Position numbers and translations under genes: made by a program. A stretch of 21,626 nt of DNA. Source: Chthoniobacteraceae bacterium. GTDB taxonomy: Bacteria > Verrucomicrobiota > Verrucomicrobiia > Chthoniobacterales > Chthoniobacteraceae. Each line of letters starts with the position of its first letter. Positions within the stretch are counted from its first letter, which is position 1. The stretch is taken from positions 1 to 21,626 of the forward strand of contig JANNXQ010000129.1 of assembly GCA_031409655.1 (NCBI GenBank), given 5' to 3'. This document shows, in pieces, positions 6,900 through 16,143 of the stretch. The notes beneath the pieces were generated by a model. It was not told the origin of the DNA. It ran no database searches and was given only the letters and a program-made list of their open reading frames with translations.

Positions 6900-8051
6900 T
6901 CACTCCCCTCGCCCGCTGGCGAGCCGCGCGTGCTCTTCGATGAGGAAGCGGTCGGTCATGCCGGAGAGGTAGTCGCAGACCACGCGCGGGAGGCCGTCTT
7001 TGCGGATGCGGCGCGCGGTGGTTTTGCCGAGCAGGGTGCGATCGGCGAGGTAGGCGTTGAAGACGTCGCGGAGGAGGCCGCAGGCGCATTGGTTCGCGCC
7101 GGCCACTCGCGGGTGGTAGTAGAGATTTTTGTAGAGAAATTTGCGCAGCGCGCGGTTGCCGCGGAGCAAGGGGTCGCTGTAGCGGATGAGCGCCTTGGGT
7201 TGCTGGCGCACTTCCTCGGCGCTCTGCACTCCGGCGGCGTCGATGAGCACGGAGCTGGTGGCGATCACGTCCTGCACCTGGCGATCGATGATGCAGCGGA
7301 TGACGTAGGCGTGCAGCTCTTTGCCCGCGAGCTTGGGAAAGTGGCGGCGCACTTCGTCGTAGCTCTCCTGCCAGACGGCCAGTTCGCCGAGTTGCTCGGG
7401 AGTGATGAGATCGGCGTCGAGGCCGTCGTCGAGGTCGTGGCTGTAGTAGGTGATCTCGTCGGAAAGATTCGCGATCTGCGCTTCGAGCGAGGGGCTGGGG
7501 TGTCGCGCGCCGCCACTCTTCACCGGCGGATCGTAGAATTTCGCGTGCTTTTGCAGACCCTCGCGCACTTCCCAGGAAAGATTGATGCCGGGAAAGTTCG
7601 GATACTTCTGCTCGATCACCTCGACGATGCGCAGGCTCTGCAAGTTGTGCTCAAAGCCGCCGTGGTCGCGCATCAGTTCATCGAGCGTCTCCTCGCCGGA
7701 GTGGCCGAAGGGCGCGTGGCCGAGGTCGTGCGCGAGCGCGATGGTCTCGGCGAGATCTTCATTGAGCGCCAGGGCGCGGGCGATGGTGCGGCTGATTGAG
7801 GCGACCTCGATGGTGTGCGTGAGCCGCGTGCGCAGGTGATCGCCGGTGCCGTTGAGGAAGACTTGCGTCTTGTATTCCAGCCGGCGGAAGGCGCGCGAAT
7901 GAACGATGCGCGCGCGGTCGCGCTCATAGGCAGTGCGGTGCGGGTGCGGCGGCTCGGGATACTCGCGTCCGGCGGAATCGCCCGAGCGCTGCGCACAGGG
8001 CGCGAGGGTGTCGCGCTCGAGTTGCTCTTTCTCAGCGCGGGTGCGGATCAT
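6900..8051 (-). CDS. dgt: Deoxyguanosinetriphosphate triphosphohydrolase (HD superfamily, dGTPase-like)
   Basis: RTAYERDRARIVHSRAFRRLEYKTQVF, RTRLTHTIEV, LAHDLGHAPFGHSGE, FEHNLQSLR, SLEAQ, YYSHDLDD and CDYLSGMTDRF. Start MIRTR at 8051. Confidence 0.95.
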   Translation of the reverse strand: MIRTRAEKEQLERDTLAPCAQRSGDSAGREYPEPPHPHRTAYERDRARIVHSRAFRRLEYKTQVFLNGTGDHLRTRLTHTIEVASISRTIARALALNEDLAETIALAHDLGHAPFGHSGEETLDELMRDHGGFEHNLQSLRIVEVIEQKYPNFPGINLSWEVREGLQKHAKFYDPPVKSGGARHPSPSLEAQIANLSDEITYYSHDLDDGLDADLITPEQLGELAVWQESYDEVRRHFPKLAGKELHAYVIRCIIDRQVQDVIATSSVLIDAAGVQSAEEVRQQPKALIRYSDPLLRGNRALRKFLYKNLYYHPRVAGANQCACGLLRDVFNAYLADRTLLGKTTARRIRKDGLPRVVCDYLSGMTDRFLIEEHARLASGRGE

Positions 8052-8346
8052 CTTTGGGGTGCGCTTTGAGGTATTCGGCTTCGAGCCGGCGCCGCTCGGT
8101 GCGCATGTGGGCGCGAACCATGAGCATATCGAAGATGGCCATGAGCACGATGAGCGCGGTGAGCCAGGCGCAGGCGGCCCAGAAGAGGACGAAGAGCACG
8201 GGGTGCGCGCGCAGCCAGCCATCGAGAAAAGTGGCGCCCACGAAGAGCAGCAGGAGCGCGGCGAGCATCCCGTAAAACATGACTAGGCGGCGCGCGCGCT
8301 GCTCGCGGATCAGGCCCTTGGCGATCTGGATGACGAGGCGGACCAT
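8032..8346 (-). CDS. Small hypothetical membrane protein (2 TM)
   Basis: MVRLVIQIAKGLIREQRARR followed by two long hydrophobic stretches. Overlaps the dgt start by 20 bp. Confidence 0.75.
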   Translation of the reverse strand: MVRLVIQIAKGLIREQRARRLVMFYGMLAALLLLFVGATFLDGWLRAHPVLFVLFWAACAWLTALIVLMAIFDMLMVRAHMRTERRRLEAEYLKAHPKDDPHPR

Positions 8347-8359
8347 TTTCGACGCAGGG

Positions 8360-8800
8360 TCAGCGGTCGCCGCCGCCGATTGCCGTCGCGAGGCGCAGGA
8401 TGGTGTGGGCTCGGACCAGCGGGATGGTGCAAAAGACGTACCCGAGGATCGCGCCGACGACCGTGAGCAGTTGCGCATCGTCATTTGGCACATTGTCACT
8501 CAGGAGGATGACGAGCCCGAAGGTGAAGGCGGCGATGACGAACACGAGCACGGCGATGAGAAGGTATCGTGCCCACGCCTTCCGCTGCCAGACGCCGCCG
8601 ATGAAGACGGAAGACCAAAGCATGCTGCCGAGGACGACGCCTTTCAGGAGCTGGATGGGATTCTGCGCATGCCACGCAAAGGAGATGAAACCGAGATCGG
8701 CGATGCGGAGGAGCAGGAAAATCACGACCAGCCAATTGCGCCCGACGCGCTTATTCCGCGCGCCGACGGATTCGAATGCGGGACGTGAAGCTGCAGCCAT
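8360..8800 (-). CDS. Hypothetical membrane protein (about 4 TM)
   Basis: Four hydrophobic segments with a 'WQRKAWARYLL' loop. Gaps of 22 and 13 bp to co-directional neighbours. Confidence 0.75.
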   Translation of the reverse strand: MAAASRPAFESVGARNKRVGRNWLVVIFLLLRIADLGFISFAWHAQNPIQLLKGVVLGSMLWSSVFIGGVWQRKAWARYLLIAVLVFVIAAFTFGLVILLSDNVPNDDAQLLTVVGAILGYVFCTIPLVRAHTILRLATAIGGGDR

Positions 8801-8822
8801 GGATCGTGGAGGAGTCTACACC

Positions 8823-10472
8823 CTACGGTGCCGTCGCCGACAATTCGATAATCCGCCCGGGGAGTGTACCGAGTCGTTCCTTGAAGTTCGTGGCGCGCGA
8901 GTATTCGAGGATGTAGGCGCGGCCTGGGCCAGCGCGATGCGTGTCCAGCGGACGGCCCAGCGGAGCGAGCACCGTCTCGGTGCGCGCAACCCATGTGCCA
9001 TCCGCGCGCCGCTCCAGCTGCATGCTGAGCACATCGAAGCCGACATCCTCCGGCGCCGCCGGTGGACCGAGGAGATTGCCAAAGCGCGGCACGAGAAAGC
9101 GGCCCCGGAGAGGCGGAGGAAAATCATCGCCACACCAGAGCACGCCGCCGGGCGACGAATGCGCATCGAGCGTGAAGAGACCTTCGGGTTTGCCACCACC
9201 GGCCGGACCGAGATTGGCGACGGGCCGCGTAAAAATCACGCCGTCGGGAGGAGGCGGCGTGTGCGGGTAAGGGAAGTGCGGCTGCACGGGCAGGTCGGCG
9301 AACTGATACGGGAAGCCGTAGTGCCGCCCGCGTTCGATGACATCCACCTCTTCCGGAGCGCTGTAGTCGGGTCCGTTGGAAAAGGAAAACAGGACGCCTT
9401 CTGGATTCCAGGCAAGCGCGTAGGCATTGCGCAGGCCGCGGGCATAGACCTCGATCTCGGGTTTCGCGGCCTGCGGATCGAGCCGCCAGATGCAGGCCGT
9501 GAGCTCGACTTCGCCCGGGGTCGGGTAGCGCGGATCCTTGCTGGCCTCGCCCGCATCGGTGCGCGAACCGCTCGCGAGATAGAGCATCCCGTCCGGCCCG
9601 AAGGCGATCTGGCTGACGCCGTGATTGAAGCCGCCGAAGCCCTGCGGATAGTGGATGGTGTGCCAGGGCTGGAGCTTGCCCGGCAGGCCATCCACATCCT
9701 CCGACGAGCGCCAGATCACGACCTCGGCCGTCACCACATCCTGCCCCTTATCGAGCTTCTGATTCGTGACGATCCAGAGGCGTCCGCTTTCATCGAAAGT
9801 GCAGCCGAGTGCGGAAACGCCGCCGCGCTCCGCGTCGAGGTAGTCGGACGGTTTGAGGATCAGCGCGAGGAGCTGCGTCTGCGGGTCGAGGCGATGGACG
9901 CCGCCATTCAGCGCGAGCACGTAGAGTCCCGCGCGCCGCGGGGTGCTGGCGAGGCGGGTGCAATTTTCCGGCAACTGCACGACCTCGCGCACGGTGTAGC
10001 CAGCGGGCGGCTTGGGCAGCGGCTGGAAAGTGCTCGCCTTCACGAGGGCGTCAAAGGTCTTGAAACGCGAGGTGGCGCGCACTTTCGCGACTTCCTCCGC
10101 GGAAAATGCGCCGACAAGATTGCCCCAGGAATTCCCGGCGAAAGTGAGGACGTCCGCGACCTGCGCGTCGTCGAGCACCTGCGGCGGCATCACATTTTGG
10201 TATGTCTGACCGCGCACGCTGATCGGGCCGGCGAGTCCCTCGCAGAGTGCTTTGATCACCGCCGTGCGCTTCGTTGTGAACCACTCCGATTCCGCCAGCG
10301 GTGGAAAAACCGGCGGCGTGCCGAGGCCGGTCGCCTGATGACACAGGAGGCACTTTTCCGCGTAGATCGCCGCGCCCCGCTGCATCTGCGCGGCATCCGG
10401 CGCGGCGTGCGCCAGCGTGACGCCCGAAAGCAGGAGGAGGAGTGAAGAGCGCTTGGGACGGGGAATGAGCAC
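8823..10472 (-). CDS. Exported cytochrome c domain fused to a glucose/sorbosone-dehydrogenase-like beta-propeller
   Basis: Signal peptide, heme motif CLLCH with G.G.PPVFPPLA and distal Met (NVMPP). Propeller motifs IAFGPDGMLYLASG, YARGLRNAYALAW, GRHYGFPY, HSSPGG and LGRPLD. Confidence 0.85.
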   Translation of the reverse strand: MLIPRPKRSSLLLLLSGVTLAHAAPDAAQMQRGAAIYAEKCLLCHQATGLGTPPVFPPLAESEWFTTKRTAVIKALCEGLAGPISVRGQTYQNVMPPQVLDDAQVADVLTFAGNSWGNLVGAFSAEEVAKVRATSRFKTFDALVKASTFQPLPKPPAGYTVREVVQLPENCTRLASTPRRAGLYVLALNGGVHRLDPQTQLLALILKPSDYLDAERGGVSALGCTFDESGRLWIVTNQKLDKGQDVVTAEVVIWRSSEDVDGLPGKLQPWHTIHYPQGFGGFNHGVSQIAFGPDGMLYLASGSRTDAGEASKDPRYPTPGEVELTACIWRLDPQAAKPEIEVYARGLRNAYALAWNPEGVLFSFSNGPDYSAPEEVDVIERGRHYGFPYQFADLPVQPHFPYPHTPPPPDGVIFTRPVANLGPAGGGKPEGLFTLDAHSSPGGVLWCGDDFPPPLRGRFLVPRFGNLLGPPAAPEDVGFDVLSMQLERRADGTWVARTETVLAPLGRPLDTHRAGPGRAYILEYSRATNFKERLGTLPGRIIELSATAP

Positions 10473-10531
10473 GGTTCGGAATTAGAGGGCGCGTGGGGCG
10501 AAGTCGAGCGACGCGGGCGGCTCTGGGTGGA

Positions 10532-10594
10532 GAACTTCGAACACTGAACACTGAACATCGAACATCGAACATCGAACACTGAACACTGAACGAT
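10532..10594 (+). repeat. Tandem array of nine 7-bp units GAACNNN (mostly GAACACT/GAACATC)
   Basis: gaacttc gaacact gaacact gaacatc gaacatc gaacatc gaacact gaacact gaacgat, read directly. Confidence 0.95.
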
Positions 10595-10628
10595 GCGTGG
10601 CGCTTGCGCGCAGGTTTGGGACGCTGCC

Positions 10629-10686
10629 TTCGATGTTCGATGTTCGATGTTCGACGTTCGCTGTTCGCTGTTCGTTGTTCGTTGTT
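10629..10686 (-). repeat. Tandem array of eight 7-bp units, inverted relative to the 10532..10594 array
   Basis: + strand ttcgatg x3, ttcgacg, ttcgctg x2, ttcgttg x2, which reads GAACAAC/GAACAGC/GAACGTC/GAACATC on the minus strand. Confidence 0.95.
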
Positions 10687-10751
10687 TCCCCCACCCCCAA
10701 AAATTTCCCCTGCGATTCGTCCCGCCCCGGTGTTCACTTGGCGCACCTTTC

Positions 10752-13049
10752 ATGAAGTCCCTCCTCGCCCTCCTCCTCGTCTGCCTCCCCGCCATCCTGC
10801 GCGCCGAAGACGCGCCGAAAGCCGAGGAGCCGACACCGCCCGGCCACTCGCAGAATGGCGACGCCTTTAACGAGGGCCCGCGTCAGGCCGCCGTACGCAT
10901 GCCCGGCACGGGCGAGGTGCATTTTCCGATCACGACGAAGGTGCCGCGCGCGCAGGAGTTTTTCGATCAAGGGATCGGCCAGTTGCATGGCTTTTGGTAT
11001 TTCGAAGCGGAGCGCTCCTTTCGCCAGGCGGCGGCGCTCGACCGGGATTGCGCGACCGCCTACTGGGGCATGGCGCAGGCGAATGTGAACAATGCGAAGC
11101 GGGCCGCGGAATTCATGAAGGAGGCGGTGAAACGGCGCGACCAGGTGAGCCGCCGCGAGCAGCTCTGGATCGACGGATTCTCCTCCTTCTTCGCGGTGAC
11201 GAAGGCGGATGAAAAAGAGCGCCGCACGGCCGTGGTCCGCGCCCTCGAGGATCTCACCTATGAGTTCCCGGATGACGTGGAGGCGAAGGCGTTTCTCATT
11301 TTGCAAATCTGGGACAACAGCAAGCACGGGCTCCCACTGCAAAGCCGCCGCGTCCTCGACGCGCTCTCCAAAGAGGTGCTCGCGAAAAACCCGATGCACC
11401 CCGGTGTGCATCACTACCGCATCCATCTCTGGAATAACCAAAACGGCGACAAGCGCGCTCTTGATTCCGCGGCGCGCTGCGGCCAGAGCGCGCCGGCCAT
11501 CGCCCACATGTGGCACATGTCGGGTCACACTTTCTCGAGTCTGAAACGCTACGCCGACGCCGCCTGGCAGCAGGAGGCTTCGGCCCGCGTGGATCACGCC
11601 TCCATGATCGCGGCGCGGGTGCTGCCGGATCAGATCCACAATTTCGCGCACAACAACGACTGGCTGATCAAGAACCTCGGCTACCTCGGCCGCGTGCATG
11701 ACGGGCTGGATCTCGCGAAGAATATGGTCGAACTGCCGCGCGTCTCGCCGACCAATGCGAAGAGCTCCGACCTCGGCCGCGAGCGCATCGTGGAGCAGCA
11801 CTTGAAAGCCGAACTCTGGGACGAACTCCTCGCGCTCGAGGGGACGATCTATCTGGAGCCAAATGCGAATCCGGTCACCGAGGTGAGCCGGCTGCGCGCG
11901 CTCGGCACGGCGGCTTTTGCCAAAGGGGATCGCAGTCGCGGGGAGGCCAAAGTGTCCGCGCTCGAGGCGGTGCTGAAGAAGGCGCGCGAGGAACGCATCG
12001 TGGCTGCCGAGGCCGCCGAGACGAAAGCGAAGGAGGAAAAGAAGTCCGAAGAAGAAATCGCGAAGGCCATGGCCGACGCTTTGCGGAAATTTAACACGCG
12101 GCTCGACATCACGAATGGCGCGCTCGCCGAACTCCGGCTGGCGCGAGCGCTCCACGAGGGACGGCTCGACGAAGCGAAAACGCAGATCGCCAAGACCCGC
12201 AACCTTTCCTCCGAAGCCCAGTCGCGGATCTGGCTGAAGCTCGGGGACAAGGTGAAAGCCGAAAAGCTCGCGCGCGAAGCGATCGGCAAGGACGACCAGC
12301 AGGCGCAGCCCGTGGCGAATCTCGCCTGGGTGCTCTGGCAACTCGGGAAGAAGGACGAGGCGAAGAAGACCTTCGCGAAAGTGCGCGCCGTGGCCGGACA
12401 GGCGGATCTGGATCTGCCGGTCTTCGCGCGGCTCGCGCCGCTCGCGCGGGAGATGGGTGTGACGGGCGATTGGCGACAGCCCGCCGCCGCCCGGGCGGAT
12501 GTGGGCGTGCGTCCCACCCTGGACTCGCTCGGCCCCTTCCGCTGGCATCCCACCGCCGCGCCGGCGTGGAATCTCCCGGACAGCGATGGCCGCGCGCACT
12601 CGCTCGCGGATTTCCAGGGCCAACCGGTGCTCGTCGTCTTCTATCTCGGGAGCGGCTGCAGTGGCTGCATCGAGCAACTCAACGTCTTCGCGCCAGTCGC
12701 GAAAGACTTCGCCGCCGCCGGGATCAGAATCGTCGCCGTGAGCACCGACGCCGTGGACGGCCTGCACAAGACCTTTGCCAAATCCAAGGAGAAGTCCGGC
12801 TTCCCCTTCCCGATCCTCGCCGATCCGACGCTCGCTGCGTTCAAAGCCTACCGCGCTTTCGACGACTTTGAGGCCACCGCGTTGCACGGCACTTTCCTCA
12901 TCGACGGCGACGGCCTGGTGCGCTGGCAGGACATCGGCTTCCAGCCTTTCCGCGATGCCAACTGGCTGCTCACCGAGAGCAAGCGCCTCCTCCGCATCCC
13001 CGCCAGCCGCAATCTCCCCGCGACGACGCAAAGCACCGCAGGACGCTGA
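10752..13049 (+). CDS. Secreted TPR-like helical repeat protein with C-terminal AhpC/TSA (redoxin) domain
   Basis: Signal peptide MKSLLALLLVCLPAILRA. TPR-like AQEFFDQGIGQLHGFWYFEAERSFRQAA..D..CATAYWGMA. C-terminal APAWNLPDSDGRAHSLADFQGQPVLVVFYLGSGCSGCIEQL (CxxC), AVSTD, FPILAD and TFLIDGDGLVRW. Confidence 0.85.
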   Translation: MKSLLALLLVCLPAILRAEDAPKAEEPTPPGHSQNGDAFNEGPRQAAVRMPGTGEVHFPITTKVPRAQEFFDQGIGQLHGFWYFEAERSFRQAAALDRDCATAYWGMAQANVNNAKRAAEFMKEAVKRRDQVSRREQLWIDGFSSFFAVTKADEKERRTAVVRALEDLTYEFPDDVEAKAFLILQIWDNSKHGLPLQSRRVLDALSKEVLAKNPMHPGVHHYRIHLWNNQNGDKRALDSAARCGQSAPAIAHMWHMSGHTFSSLKRYADAAWQQEASARVDHASMIAARVLPDQIHNFAHNNDWLIKNLGYLGRVHDGLDLAKNMVELPRVSPTNAKSSDLGRERIVEQHLKAELWDELLALEGTIYLEPNANPVTEVSRLRALGTAAFAKGDRSRGEAKVSALEAVLKKAREERIVAAEAAETKAKEEKKSEEEIAKAMADALRKFNTRLDITNGALAELRLARALHEGRLDEAKTQIAKTRNLSSEAQSRIWLKLGDKVKAEKLAREAIGKDDQQAQPVANLAWVLWQLGKKDEAKKTFAKVRAVAGQADLDLPVFARLAPLAREMGVTGDWRQPAAARADVGVRPTLDSLGPFRWHPTAAPAWNLPDSDGRAHSLADFQGQPVLVVFYLGSGCSGCIEQLNVFAPVAKDFAAAGIRIVAVSTDAVDGLHKTFAKSKEKSGFPFPILADPTLAAFKAYRAFDDFEATALHGTFLIDGDGLVRWQDIGFQPFRDANWLLTESKRLLRIPASRNLPATTQSTAGR

Positions 13050-13124
13050 TCCCCGCAGATCACCCAGAGTCCGGGCGCGACAACCCGGCGGCGCGCGGTG
13101 GCCCCTCGCCCCCATCAATTCGTC

Positions 13125-14561
13125 ATGAGCAAACTCCACCTCCGATCGTTCCTCTTCACGGCCTTCGCCCTCTTCGTCGCCCACTCGCCCGCCGCCGATG
13201 CGAAGAAGCCGAACGTCCTCTTCCTCTTCGCTGATGATCAGTGCTTCGAGACGATCCGCGCGCTCGGCCACACCGACATCGAGACGCCGAATCTCGATCG
13301 CCTCGTGCAGCGCGGCACGACCTTCACCCACGCCTACAACATGGGCTCGTGGAGCGGCGCGGTGTGCGTCGCGAGTCGCACCATGCTCATCACCGGCCGC
13401 AGTGTCTGGCGCGCAAATGCGATCTACAAAGCGACCGATCAGGAGCGCGCGGCCGGACGGCTCTGGCCGCAGCTAATGTCCCGCGCCGGTTACGGCACTT
13501 ACTTCACCGGCAAGTGGCACATCCAGGCTGACGCCACCAAAGCCTTCGACGTCACCAAAGACATCCGCGCCGGTATGCCGAAGGACACGCCCTCTTCTTA
13601 CAATCGTCCGCGCGCCGGAGTGACGGACCCATGGAGCCCGAGCGATCCTGAGTTCGGCGGATTTTGGGAGGGCGGAAAACATTGGAGCGAGGTGGTGGGC
13701 GACAACGCCATCGAGTTTCTCAGCACGGCGCAACAGAGCGGCAAACCGTTCTTCATCTACGCCGCCTTCAATGCGCCGCACGATCCGCGGCAATCGCCGA
13801 AGGAATACGTGGATCTGTATCCGCTCGAGCGCATCGCGATGCCGAAGAACTTCCTGCCGGAGTATCCGCACAAGGACGCGATCGGCTGCAGCGCATCGCT
13901 CCGGGACGAAAAGCTCGGACCCTTTCCGCGCACCGAGCATGCGGTGAAAGTCCATCGGCAGGAATACTACGCCATCATCACCCACCTCGACGCGCAGATC
14001 GGCCGCATCCTGGACGCGCTGGAGAAATCCGGGCAGGCAGAGAATACGTGGATCTTCTTCACCGCCGACCACGGGCTCGCGATCGGGCATCACGGCCTCT
14101 TCGGAAAGCAGAACATGTACGATCACAGCGTGCGGGTGCCTTTCCTCGTCGCCGGCCCCGGAGTGCAGGCGGGGGCAAAGATCGACGCGCCGATCTATCT
14201 CCAGGACGTGATGGCCACCGCGCTCGATCTCGCCGGCGCGGAGAAACCGGAGCAGGTCGAATTTCACAGCGTGCTTCCGTTGCTCCGCGGAGAGAAATCG
14301 GCAGCCGCGCGGGAGTCCATCTACGGGGCGTATCTCGAACTCCAGCGCGCGATCACGCATGACGGCTGGAAGTTGATGGTCTATCCGAAGGCGAACGTCG
14401 CGCGCCTTTATCACCTCGCGAAAGATCCTGACGAAATGCACGACCTCGCCGCGGACCCAGCGCAAGCCGAGCGCCGCCGGGCGCTCTTCGCCGGCCTGCT
14501 CGTTTTGCAAAAGGAACTCCTCGACCCACTCGATCTCACGGCCTTCACCGGCATCCGCTGA
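13125..14561 (+). CDS. Cys-type (formylglycine-dependent) sulfatase, choline-sulfatase-like
   Basis: Signal peptide, KPNVLFLFADDQ, TPNLDRL, variant signature CVASRTMLITG, GKWH, NAPHDP, FTADHG and GKQNMYDHSVRVP. Confidence 0.92.
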   Translation: MSKLHLRSFLFTAFALFVAHSPAADAKKPNVLFLFADDQCFETIRALGHTDIETPNLDRLVQRGTTFTHAYNMGSWSGAVCVASRTMLITGRSVWRANAIYKATDQERAAGRLWPQLMSRAGYGTYFTGKWHIQADATKAFDVTKDIRAGMPKDTPSSYNRPRAGVTDPWSPSDPEFGGFWEGGKHWSEVVGDNAIEFLSTAQQSGKPFFIYAAFNAPHDPRQSPKEYVDLYPLERIAMPKNFLPEYPHKDAIGCSASLRDEKLGPFPRTEHAVKVHRQEYYAIITHLDAQIGRILDALEKSGQAENTWIFFTADHGLAIGHHGLFGKQNMYDHSVRVPFLVAGPGVQAGAKIDAPIYLQDVMATALDLAGAEKPEQVEFHSVLPLLRGEKSAAARESIYGAYLELQRAITHDGWKLMVYPKANVARLYHLAKDPDEMHDLAADPAQAERRRALFAGLLVLQKELLDPLDLTAFTGIR

Positions 14562-14637
14562 CGCCCCTCACCGCCAAACCCGCGCGCCGATCGCTTCGCA
14601 AAATACCTGACCCAGCACTCCCTCCTCCTCCCAAAAT

Positions 14638-16143
14638 TTGAAAACCACGGCGCTCCTCCTCATTCTCTGGATCATCGGCAGCGCGTCCCTCCCGGCCCAG
14701 GCCGCGGATCGGCCGAATGTCGTCTTCTTCCTCGTGGACGATCTCGGGCAGCGCGATCTCGGCGCCTATGGGAGCACTTTCTACGAAACGCCAAATCTCG
14801 ATCGCCTGGCGCGCGACGGCGCGAAATTCACAGATGGCTACGCGGCCTGTCCGGTGTGCTCGCCCACCCGCGCCAGCATCATGACGGGCCAGTGGCCGCA
14901 GCGCACCGGCATCACGGATTACATTGGCGCACCGTTGCGGCCGGAGCTGTGGAAACGCAATACGCCAGCGCTGCCCGCGCCTTACTCCGATCGGCTCGCA
15001 CTCGCTGCGCCGACGCTGGCCAAGGCGATGAAGGCGGCGGGTTACGCGACCTTCTTTGCCGGCAAGTGGCATCTCGGGCCGGAGGGGTTCTGGCCGGAAA
15101 ATCAGGGCTTCGATGTGAACCTGGGCGGCACCGACAAAGGCGGCCCGTATGGGGGAAAGAAGTACTTTTCGCCCTACGGCAATCCGCGCCTCCCCGATGG
15201 CCCGGACGGCGAACATCTACCGGATCGCCTCGCGAGCGAGACGGTGAAGTTCATTGAGGCGAACAAGGACCAACCTTTCTTCGCCTACTTCTCCTTTTAC
15301 TCCGTGCATACGCCGCTCCAAGCGCGGGCAGATTTGCAGAAGAAGTATGAGGAGAAGCGCATCAGGCTCGGGCTCGAGGCGAAATTTGGTTCCGAGCCGC
15401 CACGCGATGTGCGGCTCGTGCAGGAGCACGCGGTCTATGCGGGCATGGTCGAGGCGATGGACCTCGCCGTCGGCAAGGTGCTCGCCAAACTCGACGCCCT
15501 CGGCCTGCGCGAAAACACGCTCGTCATCTTCACCAGCGACAACGGCGGACTCTCGACAAGCGAAGGCTCGCCGACCTCGAATCTCCCACTCCGCGGCGGC
15601 AAAGGCTGGATCTACGAAGGTGGCATCCGTGAGCCGCTGCTCGTGCGCTGGCCCGCCGTGATCAAGGCCGGGAGCGTCGTGAGCACGCCGGTCAGCAGCC
15701 CGGATTTCTTCCCGACGCTGCTCGCCGCTGCCGGCGCGCAGCCGCAGCCCGGGCAGGTGCTCGATGGGCAAAGTCTCCTGCCGGTCTTCAAAGGCGGCAC
15801 GCTCCCGGAACGCCCGCTCTTCTGGCACTACCCACACTACGGCAATCAAGGCGGCGCGCCCGCGGCCGCGATCCGGCGCGGAGACTGGAAGCTCATCGAG
15901 TGGTTGGAAGACGGGCGCACGGAACTCTTCCACCTCGCGCAGGACCTGGGCGAAAAGAACGACCTCGCGCCGAAAGAGCCGCAGCGGGTCGCGCAACTGC
16001 GCGATGAACTCCACGCCTGGCAGAAACAAGTCGGCGCGAAATTTCCCATCCCGAATCCCGCCTACGACGCCACCAAGCCCAACGGTCGCGCCGCCAATCG
16101 CCCCGCCGGAGAGGCGAAACCCAAAGCTCCCGGCAAACCATGA
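14638..16143 (+). CDS. Cys-type sulfatase (arylsulfatase A-like)
   Basis: TTG start with signal peptide, RPNVVFFLVDDLG, CSPTRASIMTG, GKWHLG, FTSDNGG and LRGGKGWIYEGGIREP. Confidence 0.93.
   Translation: MKTTALLLILWIIGSASLPAQAADRPNVVFFLVDDLGQRDLGAYGSTFYETPNLDRLARDGAKFTDGYAACPVCSPTRASIMTGQWPQRTGITDYIGAPLRPELWKRNTPALPAPYSDRLALAAPTLAKAMKAAGYATFFAGKWHLGPEGFWPENQGFDVNLGGTDKGGPYGGKKYFSPYGNPRLPDGPDGEHLPDRLASETVKFIEANKDQPFFAYFSFYSVHTPLQARADLQKKYEEKRIRLGLEAKFGSEPPRDVRLVQEHAVYAGMVEAMDLAVGKVLAKLDALGLRENTLVIFTSDNGGLSTSEGSPTSNLPLRGGKGWIYEGGIREPLLVRWPAVIKAGSVVSTPVSSPDFFPTLLAAAGAQPQPGQVLDGQSLLPVFKGGTLPERPLFWHYPHYGNQGGAPAAAIRRGDWKLIEWLEDGRTELFHLAQDLGEKNDLAPKEPQRVAQLRDELHAWQKQVGAKFPIPNPAYDATKPNGRAANRPAGEAKPKAPGKP

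Noticed and set aside
6900..8051. dGTPase as an antiphage nucleotide-depletion gene
   Set aside because: It has host-like composition, the ordinary short Dgt form and a housekeeping-type context, and is separated from the accessory region.
10532..10686. Repeat region as a CRISPR array or coding repeat
   Set aside because: Units are 7 bp and contiguous with no unique spacers and no cas genes. ORFs crossing it are low-complexity translations of the repeat.
8400..13331. Very long ORFs 8400..10445 (+) and 10734..13331 (-)
   Set aside because: Antisense shadows of well-supported genes in high-GC DNA, with Arg/Gly-rich translations and no motifs. The same applies to 4404..5579, 6696..7799, 13473..14510, 16380..17768 and 18413..19804.
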